This document shows positions 46,713-57,423 of a stretch of 64,000 nt of DNA, piece by piece. Position 1 is the stretch's first letter, and every line of letters begins with the position of its first letter. The notes under the pieces are model-generated. The model was given only the letters and a program-made list of their open reading frames with translations. It had not been told where the DNA came from and did not search any database. A program made the position numbers and the translations under genes. The stretch is from positions 62,001-126,000 of IMG/VR virus record IMGVR_UViG_3300037502_003770; one strand, given 5' to 3'.

Positions 46713-47459
46713 ATGAAAGAAAATCCATTCCTTTTAACATTTTCATCAGATAAATTAAATTCTGATTTTAAGACAATCTTATTTAAAAGTTATAAACTTT
46801 TGAGTGTTTGTTTTATCTTTTTAGGTTTAACAATCTTTGGTTTAAATACTTTAGTACCAGAGTTAGTGCTTAGTATGTCAAATAATCTATTTGTTATTTT
46901 AGGTTTATTCATACTTCAATTACTACTTATTAAATTTATATCTTACAAACGTAATGATATTGGTGGTGAAGGTATTCTAATAAAAAACCATATTAGTAAT
47001 AAATATAAACTTTTATCATTAGGTTTATTTTGTTTAATAGATGCTTTCTTATTTGCACCTATTATATTAAAAACTTCTGCTGCTGTTTTAATTAGCACAC
47101 TAGTTTATACAATATTAACTGTAGTTATTGTAAATGTTTACGCTATATTTACAAAAAAAGATACTAGAAATTGGGTATATTTTATACTACCAGTACTATT
47201 ATTGATAATTGTTTCTATGCTTATTAATATTTTCTTTATAGAATCAACTATTTTTGGTATTTTAATTAATGTAGGTATTATCATTGTAATGAGTTTATCT
47301 TCAGTAAATACTATTAATATGATAAAACATGATTTGGAAGATGGTTATCTCTCAGTTGAAAAACCTAATGGTTATCATATTGATGTTACATTATCATTGT
47401 TTCTTGAAATTATTAATATATTTTTGAGTTATTTAAGTATAAATGAATCAAAAAAATAA
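46713..47459 (+). CDS. Bax inhibitor-1/YccA family membrane protein
   Basis: About 7 TM segments, 'YAIFTKKD', C-terminal 'LSLFLEIINIFLSYL'. Confidence 0.75.
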   Translation: MKENPFLLTFSSDKLNSDFKTILFKSYKLLSVCFIFLGLTIFGLNTLVPELVLSMSNNLFVILGLFILQLLLIKFISYKRNDIGGEGILIKNHISNKYKLLSLGLFCLIDAFLFAPIILKTSAAVLISTLVYTILTVVIVNVYAIFTKKDTRNWVYFILPVLLLIIVSMLINIFFIESTIFGILINVGIIIVMSLSSVNTINMIKHDLEDGYLSVEKPNGYHIDVTLSLFLEIINIFLSYLSINESKK

Positions 47460-47476
47460 TAAAATCATTTCCTTTC

Positions 47477-47521
47477 AAAAAGACTTCTTTTTTAACAGAA
47501 AGAAGTCTTTTTTGTAATATA
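47477..47521 (+). promoter_or_regulatory. Hairpin-promoter cassette
   Basis: Same repeat as 46637. Confidence 0.8.
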
Positions 47522-47549
47522 GATAATTCTAAATAAACAAAAACACTTT

Positions 47550-48161
47550 ATGAAAAAACTCTTATCATTAATATTATTTTCTATACTAAGTATTTCTTTT
47601 TATTCTTGCGATGACAAAGAAGATATTAAACCTCTTGTAGAAGATAAATTATTAAAAGTTTCTAATATTATTACTCTAAAACGTACCGCACCAGTTGGTC
47701 AATTTTTCAGTACTTTGAATTTTGGTGTGTATGATTATGAAACAACAAAAAAATATAACTGGGATTATGGTTTAATTTCTAATATTATTGATTTTGGCTA
47801 TTTTTATAGTTCATCATCATACCACTGTTTAGCTTCACCATCATCCTCTATATATTATAATTATATTAAAAATAAGCGAGAAACGATTTTTAAATATACA
47901 ATACAATCAACCGATAATTTATCATATTTTAATAATATAAATAAAAATAGTCAGCTTGATAGTAGTTTTATTAATCCACCTATAATTCTTAATGGTTTTA
48001 TTGATTATTCAGGTGAAGTTATTAGAAATTTAAAAAGTGGGCAAATAATTTTATTGGAAACTTCTAATAATAAAAAATCTATAATATATATTGATTCTGT
48101 TAATCATACTAACAATAGCGATAATACTTTTATTAAATTTAAAATAAAAACACAAGAATAG
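47550..48161 (+). CDS. Bacteroidota-type lipoprotein
   Basis: Lipobox FYSC followed by acidic DDKED; signal peptide similar to 50003. Confidence 0.7.
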   Translation: MKKLLSLILFSILSISFYSCDDKEDIKPLVEDKLLKVSNIITLKRTAPVGQFFSTLNFGVYDYETTKKYNWDYGLISNIIDFGYFYSSSSYHCLASPSSSIYYNYIKNKRETIFKYTIQSTDNLSYFNNINKNSQLDSSFINPPIILNGFIDYSGEVIRNLKSGQIILLETSNNKKSIIYIDSVNHTNNSDNTFIKFKIKTQE

Positions 48162-48305
48162 TTTTAAAACCGAACTTGTATATATAATAAATAAAGATTA
48201 TGAAAAATAAAAGTCCTCCTTTCTAAAGAAAGATAATAAATTATAAGAATAGGTTTTCTTATAATAAAAAATAATTTAATATAAATAAACAAAAAATAAA
48301 TTTAA

Positions 48306-48584
48306 ATGGAATATCATATTAAAAGAAAAAATAAAAATAATACAAAAACAAGTGCATTAACTGATATGTACGAAGTTTATTTAATGGAGAATATTTACCC
48401 TGAAAAGATACTATATCAATCAACAAAAGAAATTATTGAAAATTTGAAATCAGGTCATAAATATTATGTACCTAAAAATAAATTAGATAGAATTGAAGTA
48501 ATTCATGCTAATGGTGAACATATCAAAACTAAAGCCGACACAGAAACAATAAATAATTTATACAATTTAGAAAATTATAATTAA
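48306..48584 (+). CDS. DUF3892-like protein
   Basis: IIENLKSGHKYYV...IKTKADTETINNLYNL. Confidence 0.6.
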   Translation: MEYHIKRKNKNNTKTSALTDMYEVYLMENIYPEKILYQSTKEIIENLKSGHKYYVPKNKLDRIEVIHANGEHIKTKADTETINNLYNLENYN

Positions 48585-48585
48585 A

Positions 48586-48867
48586 ATGAATCAATATAAA
48601 ATAACACATCGAGATAAAAATAATCCAAACACAAACCCTTTAGATGATAAATATAAAGTAGAATATAAAAATCCCTTTAAAAATCCAACAATTATTACAA
48701 CAAAACAAATTATTGAAAATATTGAAAAAGGTGATGAATATTATATTGTTATTGATAATAACAAAACAATTGTAAAAGTTGTAAAGAAAACAACAGGTGA
48801 AAAATATATTACTACAATGTCTGATGACACTATAGATAATAACTTATTAAATTTACCTCCATATTAA
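48586..48867 (+). CDS. DUF3892-like protein
   Basis: IIENIEKGDEYYI...YITTMSDDTIDNNLLNLP. Confidence 0.65.
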   Translation: MNQYKITHRDKNNPNTNPLDDKYKVEYKNPFKNPTIITTKQIIENIEKGDEYYIVIDNNKTIVKVVKKTTGEKYITTMSDDTIDNNLLNLPPY

Positions 48868-49195
48868 AATGCAAAAATTAGTTGATACAAAAAAACTTGT
48901 TAATGTAAGAATTTTAAGTAAATCTAATTTAAATGATGGTTTTTATTTTGGTACTGCTCATCATATTACAGATGGAACTATTGGTGATATTATTATAACT
49001 TATGAGGAAATAGTTTATTTAGTGAGAAATTCTTATCCGATTTATATAAATTCCACAAATGAACGTTTAAAATATCAAAATTTTAACTTGTATTCATATG
49101 ATATTACAACATCAAGTCAAACAAATAGTTTTGAAAATTTAAGGTACGCATCTTATTATGAGGAATTATATATTAATGAATTTTTAAAATAATTA

Positions 49196-49549
49196 ATGAA
49201 TATGAAAACAGAAGTTAATGAATGGAAAGATGGTAGGTTTGCTATTTTTGATTCCGAAACAAAAAAGATTCTTGATGATGCACAAGGTTATGGTTATAAA
49301 ACCAAACAAAATGCTTTAAAAGCTATGTGGTATAAATTTAAAGGTGGTAAAGAAAAGAAAGATGAAGAAAAGGAATTATTTAATAAATGGATAAAAGAAA
49401 ATAAAAAAGTTTATAATACAATAAATGATTATTTTGAATCAGCTTTTAAAGAAATAGCAAGAGGTGAAACAACTATTAAAGAAATTTATCAAGAAATAGA
49501 AGAAGAATTTAATATTAAAATACCTGATTATGTAATTAAAAATATGTAA
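49196..49549 (+). CDS. Conserved hypothetical protein (LDDAQGYGYK motif)
   Basis: Distinctive motif; function unknown. Confidence 0.55.
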   Translation: MNMKTEVNEWKDGRFAIFDSETKKILDDAQGYGYKTKQNALKAMWYKFKGGKEKKDEEKELFNKWIKENKKVYNTINDYFESAFKEIARGETTIKEIYQEIEEEFNIKIPDYVIKNM

Positions 49550-49555
49550 CCTTTT

Positions 49556-49951
49556 ATGAATAAAATAACTATTTTTAATGAAAATTTTATTTATTTAGAA
49601 ATGATTATTTCTAATATGGAATATTTAAATATAACAAATTTATATATAAATAAATACACTTTAAAATCAATGGATAAAGAAGATGAAAATGTTGTCTCAT
49701 TTATAGCATCTATTTTATTAGATAGATTAAATTTATTTAAAGATTGGTATTTTTATTTCTATAAAATAACAGTAGAAAGTGAATTTAGATATATAAGTTT
49801 TGTATATAATACAATAATGAATCAACAAGAATATTATGATATTATATATAAGATATATTTAAAAGATAAATCTATTATTGAAAAATATAGAGAAATTTTA
49901 ACACCTAAAGTTGTCAGAAATCTTTTAGAAAATAATAAAATTATTTCTTAA
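49556..49951 (+). CDS. YxE-leader protein
   Basis: MNKITIFNENFIYLE. Confidence 0.6.
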   Translation: MNKITIFNENFIYLEMIISNMEYLNITNLYINKYTLKSMDKEDENVVSFIASILLDRLNLFKDWYFYFYKITVESEFRYISFVYNTIMNQQEYYDIIYKIYLKDKSIIEKYREILTPKVVRNLLENNKIIS

Positions 49952-50002
49952 CTAAAAAGATATATTTCTGTAATATAAATCAAACTAAACAAAAACGGCA
50001 AT

Positions 50003-50320
50003 ATGAAAAAAATCTTATTCTTAATATTATTTTCTATAATAAGTGTTTCTTTTTACTCATGTGGTAAACAAAGGAAAAGTAACACAAAAAATTATACTTT
50101 AATTTATGAAGCACCTTGTTTACCTGAGTATATTATTTTTTATGATGAAACATTAAAAGAAACGGTAACATATTCTTCACATAAAGCAAAAAATGATAAT
50201 ATAACTGAATTTACTTGTCAGTATGTTAAAATTTCATTAAAACAAAAATATTCTGAAATAATAATCAAAGATACTATTGGTTATCAAAAAATGTTTTACA
50301 CTCGTGATTTACAATATTAA
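50003..50320 (+). CDS. Lipoprotein
   Basis: Lipobox FYSC; own promoter at 49948-49977. Confidence 0.65.
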   Translation: MKKILFLILFSIISVSFYSCGKQRKSNTKNYTLIYEAPCLPEYIIFYDETLKETVTYSSHKAKNDNITEFTCQYVKISLKQKYSEIIIKDTIGYQKMFYTRDLQY

Positions 50321-50321
50321 T

Positions 50322-50421
50322 AATATGTAAGCGTAGTAAAGCTCCGTTAATGATAGGTTAAACTAAGGGTTTGGCTCTATGTGCGAGAAACCCTGAAAGA
50401 CCCGAAAAACGCTTACATATT
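50322..50421 (+). ncRNA. Candidate structured RNA, family unassigned
   Basis: Perfect 13-bp terminal stem AATATGTAAGCGT/ACGCTTACATATT, inner AGGGTTT/AAACCCT stem, GC well above background. Confidence 0.55.
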
Positions 50422-50470
50422 TTTATTTTAAATAAAATTCTTTACTTAAAAAAACTTTAAGAATATTATC

Positions 50471-51466
50471 ATGAAACTAACAAAAAAAGTAGAAGAAAAA
50501 ATAATAGCGGTTTATACTGAAAAAAATGGTTTCACCAAAGTAATGAAGGATGGAAAAATGAATCTTCTAAATAAAGAAGGTGTATTAATTTCAGATACTT
50601 GGTATGATAATATTTTTTATAATGGACTAAATAATTTTTTGATTGTAGAAGTTGAAGACAAATATAATTTTTTAAATGATGATTTTAAATTAATTTCAGA
50701 TACTTGGTATGATAATATTTCAGGTTTTAATAATAATTATTGTTTTGTTTATTCTGATACGATAGATAAACAAAATCTTATTAATAAAGAAGGTAAAATT
50801 TTATTAGATACTTGGTGTGATTATATTGAAAATCTTAGTTACCTTAACGATAAAGATTTCTTTATAAAAGTACATATTGATGGTAAAACTAATATCTTTA
50901 ATGAAAATTTAAATTTACTGTCAAATGTTTGGTATGATTCAATATATATTGTAAATGATTATAACATTAGAAAAAGTAGAAAAAATACAACACATACTAT
51001 ATTAGTAGAGCGTGATAAAAAATATAATTTTATTAATAGAGATGGTAAATTATTATCTGACACTTGGTTTGATAATGCTTTCAATTTTACATTTGAGTTT
51101 GCTAGTGTAACTCTTAATGATAAAGTTAATTTTATTAATAGAGATGGTAAATTATTATCTGACACTTGGTTTGATAATGCTTCTAATTTTCACTATAATA
51201 ATTATACTTTATCTGAAGTTGTATTAAATAATAAAGTTAATTTTATTAATAGAGACGGTAAACTAGTATCTGACACTTGGTTTGATTATGTTAACCTTCA
51301 TCCTGATAGTGAGTATGGTATTGTAAGAATTAATGATAAATTTGGTTTAATAAATAAAAAATGTTTATTGGAAACAGAAGTAATCTATGATGAAATAAAA
51401 CGAATTAGTATGTCTGATAAGTTTGAATTTCATTTAAATGGTGAAGTTTATGTTCAAGAAGAATAA
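50471..51466 (+). CDS. WG/KWG-like repeat protein
   Basis: Repeated K(Y/V)NFINRDGKLLSDTWFD units, some near-identical at DNA level. Confidence 0.75.
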   Translation: MKLTKKVEEKIIAVYTEKNGFTKVMKDGKMNLLNKEGVLISDTWYDNIFYNGLNNFLIVEVEDKYNFLNDDFKLISDTWYDNISGFNNNYCFVYSDTIDKQNLINKEGKILLDTWCDYIENLSYLNDKDFFIKVHIDGKTNIFNENLNLLSNVWYDSIYIVNDYNIRKSRKNTTHTILVERDKKYNFINRDGKLLSDTWFDNAFNFTFEFASVTLNDKVNFINRDGKLLSDTWFDNASNFHYNNYTLSEVVLNNKVNFINRDGKLVSDTWFDYVNLHPDSEYGIVRINDKFGLINKKCLLETEVIYDEIKRISMSDKFEFHLNGEVYVQEE

Positions 51467-51472
51467 AAATTC

Positions 51473-51518
51473 AAAAAGACTTCTTTTTTAACAGAAAGAG
51501 GTCTTTTTCTGTAATATA
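51473..51518 (+). promoter_or_regulatory. Hairpin-promoter cassette
   Basis: AAAAAGACTTCTTT-TTAACA-GAAAGAGGTCTTTTT. Confidence 0.75.
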
Positions 51519-51548
51519 GATAATTTTAACCTTTAAATAAATCAGTAA

Positions 51549-52163
51549 ATGACAAAATATAATGAAGTAAAGAAGTTTTTCAATAATGAAATATTTTCTC
51601 AATTACCTTCTCATCATTTTACAAGTATTGTGGGTAGAACCACTAAATTTGCTAAAGTTATAGCAAACCTTAACCCTACTTTGGTTATACCTGGAGAACA
51701 TATTGATAAATTAAAAACTTTTATTTCATATATAGTATGGTTAGACTCTTCACCAACTAAATATGACCGATTTGGTGGTATTCTTACTGTGGAATATTTA
51801 GAAGAAATAATGAGAGTTATTGTTTATGAAATAATATTTTGTAAACAAATGAAACTTGACAATTCTTTTAGGAAACCTGAAAATAATACTTACTATAGAT
51901 TTGAGATTGATAGTAATGAATCTTTAAATACAGAAGATTATATATCTATCTTAGATAGTTTACCTGATTTGGAAGCTATAAAATCTGAAGAAAATGAAAA
52001 TGTAATATTTGAAAAAATATTTTTACTATCACAAGAATTATATAACCCTCAGCATCCAATAAGAAGATTTTTATATTCTAAATTTTCTTTATATGAGATA
52101 CAAACAGTTATATCTGATATCATACTAACTAATGATTATGAGAAAATTCAATATAAATTATAA
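51549..52163 (+). CDS. Protein resembling the C-terminal region of type IIG R-M/methyltransferase enzymes
   Basis: EEIMRVIVYEIIF ... ELYNPQHPIR; recalled similarity only. Confidence 0.35.
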   Translation: MTKYNEVKKFFNNEIFSQLPSHHFTSIVGRTTKFAKVIANLNPTLVIPGEHIDKLKTFISYIVWLDSSPTKYDRFGGILTVEYLEEIMRVIVYEIIFCKQMKLDNSFRKPENNTYYRFEIDSNESLNTEDYISILDSLPDLEAIKSEENENVIFEKIFLLSQELYNPQHPIRRFLYSKFSLYEIQTVISDIILTNDYEKIQYKL

Positions 52164-53065
52164 TAATTATGACTTTAGATAACTGTTTACCTGATGGCTA
52201 CGTTCCAATTTCAAATGTATCTTTTTCTGAAAGAATGAAGATTATTAATAATATATTTATCCCAACAGAAGAAATTTATATTAGAAAAGAAACTTCTTGG
52301 GAAAGAATAACTTTTTATAAACAAGTTGTCTTTGAATATGAAATAGCTATTTCAGGTAGAGATTTTTTTGAAGTAAACAAACTTAAATAATTATCACCTT
52401 TAAAACATTTATTATGCAAAAAGTTAAACTAACATTATTTGACAATGAATTTAGATTTGGTGAACCTACTAAATTTTATGAAGTCAAAAAAGAATATTAT
52501 TTCCTATCAAATAGGAGTTCTACTGAGATAAAAGAAATTTTTGCAAAATCAAATGAATTAACAGGACTTGATTTTGAAAAACTCTTTTTAAGAAGAAATG
52601 AATATAATAGACGATATACTTTAAATAAAGATGAAATTTCAATTCTTGAAGAAAACGGTATTGATTTTTCAAAAGTTCTTAGTACTTTTTTTTATTCTCA
52701 CATGATATTTTTAGATTTAAGTCGTGATGGTGAAGGTGGTTATGTTTTTAAAGAATATGATTCAATAAAATTATTTGTTGAATATGTAAAATTATCAGAC
52801 CCCGAAATAATTTTAGAACTAGTTGATGGGTATGATAAATTATTTAAAGACAGTAATAATCAGAAAATATGGGATGAATATTCAAAATTATCCGATTCTG
52901 AAACAATAATTAGATTGATTGAACCATACTCAAATGAGTATGAAAATATTGATGTTTCTTTTATATTATGGTTAGCTAGTATTTATAATTATTCATAATT
53001 AGTACTAAATTAAAGATAAACAATATTTTATAAACAAAATTAAATAAAAATTCTTTTCTTTCAAT

Positions 53066-53107
53066 AATACTTCTTTTTTAACAGAAAGAAGTATTTTTTG
53101 TAATATA
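53066..53107 (+). promoter_or_regulatory. Hairpin-promoter cassette (AATAC/GTATT variant)
   Basis: Compensatory arm change relative to AAGAC/GTCTT copies. Confidence 0.8.
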
Positions 53108-53558
53108 GATAATCTTAAACTTTAAATCATTTATGAAAAACATACTTCTTAAAATAAGTATATTCTTAATGAATATAAATTTCTTGAAAGGAAAAATATC
53201 TTTTTCATTAAAAAGTGATATACTAAAGAAATATTTTGCACCTTATGTTTCTCGTTCTTTTGAAAAACAATCTTTTAACCCTATAATTATTTTTAAAGAA
53301 TATGATAACGCAATCATTGAATATGGTAAAATATTTAATGATGATTATAGTTCTCCTGATTTATGGTCTAGGTATAAAGGTTATCAAAAAGGTAGATATA
53401 ATTATAATAAATCCGAATATAAAGGAAATTTTATACAAAATATTTGTTTAAGAATTATTATTTTTAATGTGAAAATACCTATTTTAAGGAAAAGATTTGT
53501 ATATAAAAGTTAAACAGTTTAATAGTACTGAAATACGTCTGATAAAATTATTAATCTC

Positions 53559-53601
53559 AAAAATACTTCTTTTAACAGAAAGAAGTATATTTTGTAATAT
53601 A
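53559..53601 (+). promoter_or_regulatory. Hairpin-promoter cassette
   Basis: ATACTTCTTT-TAACA-GAAAGAAGTAT...GTAATATA. Confidence 0.75.
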
Positions 53602-53944
53602 GATAATCTTAACCTTTATCAAAATGAATAGAAAAACAGAACTTCATGAAGAATTAAAATCTTTATTTGAAAATAAACTTAAAGAAGATAGGGATTTTAA
53701 ACTATCTTTTGACGAACAAGAAGTACCATTCACATTAGAAGTAAAATATACGGGTAGTAATGAAGTAACACAATTTAAAACATATATAAAATCATTTAGT
53801 TGGTATGGATTTTTAATGTGTGATTTTTATACTTTACCTGAAGATGAAAATTTTAAAGATGGTTTTTGTCAGATAATTGTTGATTACACAGAAGAACAAT
53901 TAGAATATTTTATAAGCAAACTTAAATAAAATTCTTTTCCTTTC

Positions 53945-53989
53945 AAAAATACTTCTTTTTTAACAGAAAGAAGTATTTTTTGTAATATA
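53945..53989 (+). promoter_or_regulatory. Hairpin-promoter cassette
   Basis: AAAAATACTTCTTT-TTAACA-GAAAGAAGTATTTTT-GTAATATA. Confidence 0.8.
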
Positions 53990-55989
53990 GATAATCTTAA
54001 CCTTTAGAACATTTATGAAAAAAGATTCATTTGAAGTAATAATTACTGGTACTAATAAAGAAGGTAATAAGCAAACTTTTAATTATCATAATATTAGTAT
54101 ATCAGGTTATGGTAATTATGTTGAAAATAACTTTTCTTTTTGGAAAAAGATAATTCATTTATTATCATCTCTTTTTTTAGGGAAAATGTATTTTATTAAT
54201 TCTGATTTTAAGTTTAAATTACTGGCTCATCTAATGATGTTGGATAATGCTATTAAATTAAAAGAGTTAAGAAATATGAGTTTAAAGTTAATACCAACTG
54301 TATCAGATTTTCTTGATATAAATTTTTATTATCAAGAAATACTTGAAACTAAAGGTATAACTTATGGTGAAGTCTTTTGGATTAAAAATAAAAATAACTT
54401 TGATACATTAGCTTTATGGTTTAATTCAACTGTATCTAAAAATCTCTCAAAATAAAAATCTTTATGCAAAGAATATATCATTTTAGTTTAGTAAAATCTT
54501 TAGATGAAAGTAAAAAACCTTTCAAAAAAATAACTAGACAGTACGCAAGTATTCCTTTGTCTGATAATGATTTATTATCAAAGTTATTATCATCTTCATT
54601 TAAAAATGATAGTGAAATAAAAATTGATTCAATAAAATCATTTATTTCTTTGTTAAAGAAAGAATTAAATATAAAAGATGTTATTGAGTTTTTTGAAACT
54701 ACCGTAGAATTATTATCTTCTTCAGAAAAACTATCTCTTGAAATAAACTATTAAAAAAATGGAAAACATAAAAAGTTATAAGAATAGTTTATTACTATCT
54801 ATTTTAGATAGTTTTAATTATTTAGCTACACTTAATAGTAATTCTATTAATAGTGTATATATTTCTAATAATAAGATTTCATTACCTTGTGATTATAATA
54901 CAATTACATTATATTTAGATGATACTCAAGAAGGTAGTTTATTAGATAAGTTATATTTTTATACAAATTCATCTCTTCAAGGAAATCTTTTAGATTTACA
55001 AGTTGAAACTATTCATCAATTTAAAGATGTTTTATCTGATATGGTTTTACATAAAAAAGATTTAATCCGTAGTATTGAAATTCTTTTTAATGGTAAATCT
55101 AAAAAACTTAATACTATTCAAGAAATAGGAATTAAAGAAAATGATTTACTAATAGATTTTGATTGGGATGGTAACGTTTATCATTGTAATCGCATTATTA
55201 GTTATGGTCAATATGAAAAGAATATTTATATTGAAATATATATTGTTGATAATGGAAATAGTTATAGAGTACCATTATCAATAAGTAATTTATCGATTGA
55301 TACTTTAATTAAAGTATATCATTACTTAAACAATTTAAACATTTCCTTATAATAATCCTTTCCTTATGAAAAAACTTATTTTTACAATACTAATTTTATT
55401 CTTAGGAATAAATCTTTATGCTCAAAAAACTCATATTATAAAAGAAGATACTGCTTTTATATATGTGGATTCTAAAGCAACGTTAGCTGAACTACAAGAA
55501 GAAAATAAATCTTTAAAAGTAAATATTGTTATTTTAAATAATAATATTAAAGATTTACAAAATGAAATAAAAGAGAAAGAAAATGAACTTTATAGTATTA
55601 TAACAACAATGTTATTGATTATTATTTTAATTTTCTTTCATAAATATATTATTCAAATAATTACGCAAATCATTAATAAAATTATTTGGCATTTACCACT
55701 ATAAAATTAAACAAAACATTTCTCTAAAAAACAAAACTTAAATGAAAATAAATAAGATTTTATTAATAATACTACTTCTAATAGTAAGTATATTTCTTAT
55801 AGTAAAAGTATTTTCTTTACTATTATACATTATTTCAAGTATATTTCTTATTGCAATGTTAATTTTTATCTATGAAACAATAACAGATTTTTTTAAAGAA
55901 AAATAATCTTCTTTAACAAAAGACATTCTTTTCTGTAATATAAATCAATTATTAAAGTAAAATCATTCTTTCAAACAAAACTAATTCTT

Positions 55990-56136
55990 ATGGCTGGAAC
56001 AGTAGTAAAACAATGCAACAATTGCGGTGGAAAACATCATGAACAAGATAAAATCTATGGTAAGGGTAATCGTTTACATAATTTAACAGGCGATGGTAAA
56101 GGTTCAAAATGTACCGTTTGTGGTGCTAAAAAATAG
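55990..56136 (+). CDS. 48-aa zinc-ribbon protein
   Basis: Not in ORF track; CNNC...H...QD..YG.G.R.HN...CTVC; own promoter at 55913 and a downstream terminator. Confidence 0.75.
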   Translation: MAGTVVKQCNNCGGKHHEQDKIYGKGNRLHNLTGDGKGSKCTVCGAKK

Positions 56137-56267
56137 TATTTAGTTTGTTTCCCCTTTTGAAAAAAAAATTAGAATTTTAAAACCTATTCTTTTTAAGAAT
56201 AGGTTTTTTCTTTAACAAAATATATGTTTTTTTGTAATATAAATCAAACCTTAAAAAAAGAATCGTT

Positions 56268-57251
56268 ATGTTAACAGCTACAGAAACTTTAAAAAAAGCA
56301 TCTTTCCTTGATGTACAAAATAGTATTAATGAATCAGTAAATGAAATAAATAATTTTAATGTTTCTGAATCAATAGATTCTTTAAAAGATAGTTTTTATA
56401 AACAAGAATTTTTAGATGCTAAACCCTATATTGATTTATATAATACAAATTATGTAAATTGCAAATTTTTATTACCGCATCAAGTTCAAAAAATTTGTGT
56501 TGAATACGATTTATATCAAAGGTCTGTTACTGATTATATAGGAAAAATACCTAAGAAAAACGCTAAAGATATTAAACAATTTAAAATTAATATAAATGAT
56601 ATTGATGAAGAAATATTACTTAAATCAATAAAATATTGTCCTACGGCTGGGTATAAATTTGGAATATTGAAACATATTATAAATTTTTTTAGTACAAAAT
56701 GTATTTCCGATATTAAAAATATAAAATATTATGATAAACTATATTATGGAAGTGAAAAAGAAATAGAAGAGAGATTAAGATTATTAAATTTTAATCAACC
56801 AGAAATCTTTTCAAATTACTTAGTTAATGATAAACTGAAAACTATTATAGAAGATAGACATAGAATGTATAAATCACTTGCGCTTGGTATTCATATTAAA
56901 AATGATATTAATTTTTATATTAACTCATATTTATCTTTATTAAATAAATATGAGTTAATTCATAAGGGTTTATTATCTTTGAATAATTGGTATCGTATTT
57001 TTCTTTTTGAGTTAACAGAACCTTTATTTACCATATGTGCAACTAAAGATTGTTTCACAAATGATAGTATGATTGACCCAAATAGGTTTTTAAATTATGA
57101 TTCTGAACAAAAGAAAACCAATTTTGTTGGTAGTATTAAATATGTTCTTGATTATGACCCTATTGTACTTTTTAAAGTAAATGGTGGTTATTTAGTTATT
57201 ACAGCTTGGGGTGAAGAAAGTAAATCAGTAATTAACGAAAAATTAAACTAA
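56268..57251 (+). CDS. Phage protein with C-terminal DPIVL...YLxxTAWG domain (copy 1)
   Basis: Paralog of 57424. Confidence 0.7.
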   Translation: MLTATETLKKASFLDVQNSINESVNEINNFNVSESIDSLKDSFYKQEFLDAKPYIDLYNTNYVNCKFLLPHQVQKICVEYDLYQRSVTDYIGKIPKKNAKDIKQFKININDIDEEILLKSIKYCPTAGYKFGILKHIINFFSTKCISDIKNIKYYDKLYYGSEKEIEERLRLLNFNQPEIFSNYLVNDKLKTIIEDRHRMYKSLALGIHIKNDINFYINSYLSLLNKYELIHKGLLSLNNWYRIFLFELTEPLFTICATKDCFTNDSMIDPNRFLNYDSEQKKTNFVGSIKYVLDYDPIVLFKVNGGYLVITAWGEESKSVINEKLN

Positions 57252-57257
57252 ATAATC

Positions 57258-57330
57258 ATGTCCATTTCAGAGCATTACAAAGGCTTTGTTACAACATCAA
57301 AAGCTTTAGATAACGGTAAATTTCTTATTA
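57258..57330 (+). pseudogene. Truncated 5' remnant of a paralog of ORF 58660
   Basis: MSISEHYKGFVTTSKALDNGKFLI vs MITSQHYRGFVTTSKVLENGKFLI. Confidence 0.75.
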
Positions 57331-57423
57331 GTTTAAAACCTATTCTTTTTAAGAGTAGGTTTTTTCTTTAACAAAATATATGTTTTTTTGTAATATAAAT
57401 CAAACCTTAAAAAAAGAATCGTT

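Noticed and set aside
50322-50421. Hammerhead ribozyme or retron msr-msd
   Set aside because: CTGAAAGA/GAAAAAC deviate from the CUGANGA/GAAAC core and there is no stem II; no reverse transcriptase is in the window
51020-51290. DGR template/variable repeat pair
   Set aside because: These are in-frame protein repeats within one gene, with no adenine-specific pattern evident and no reverse transcriptase
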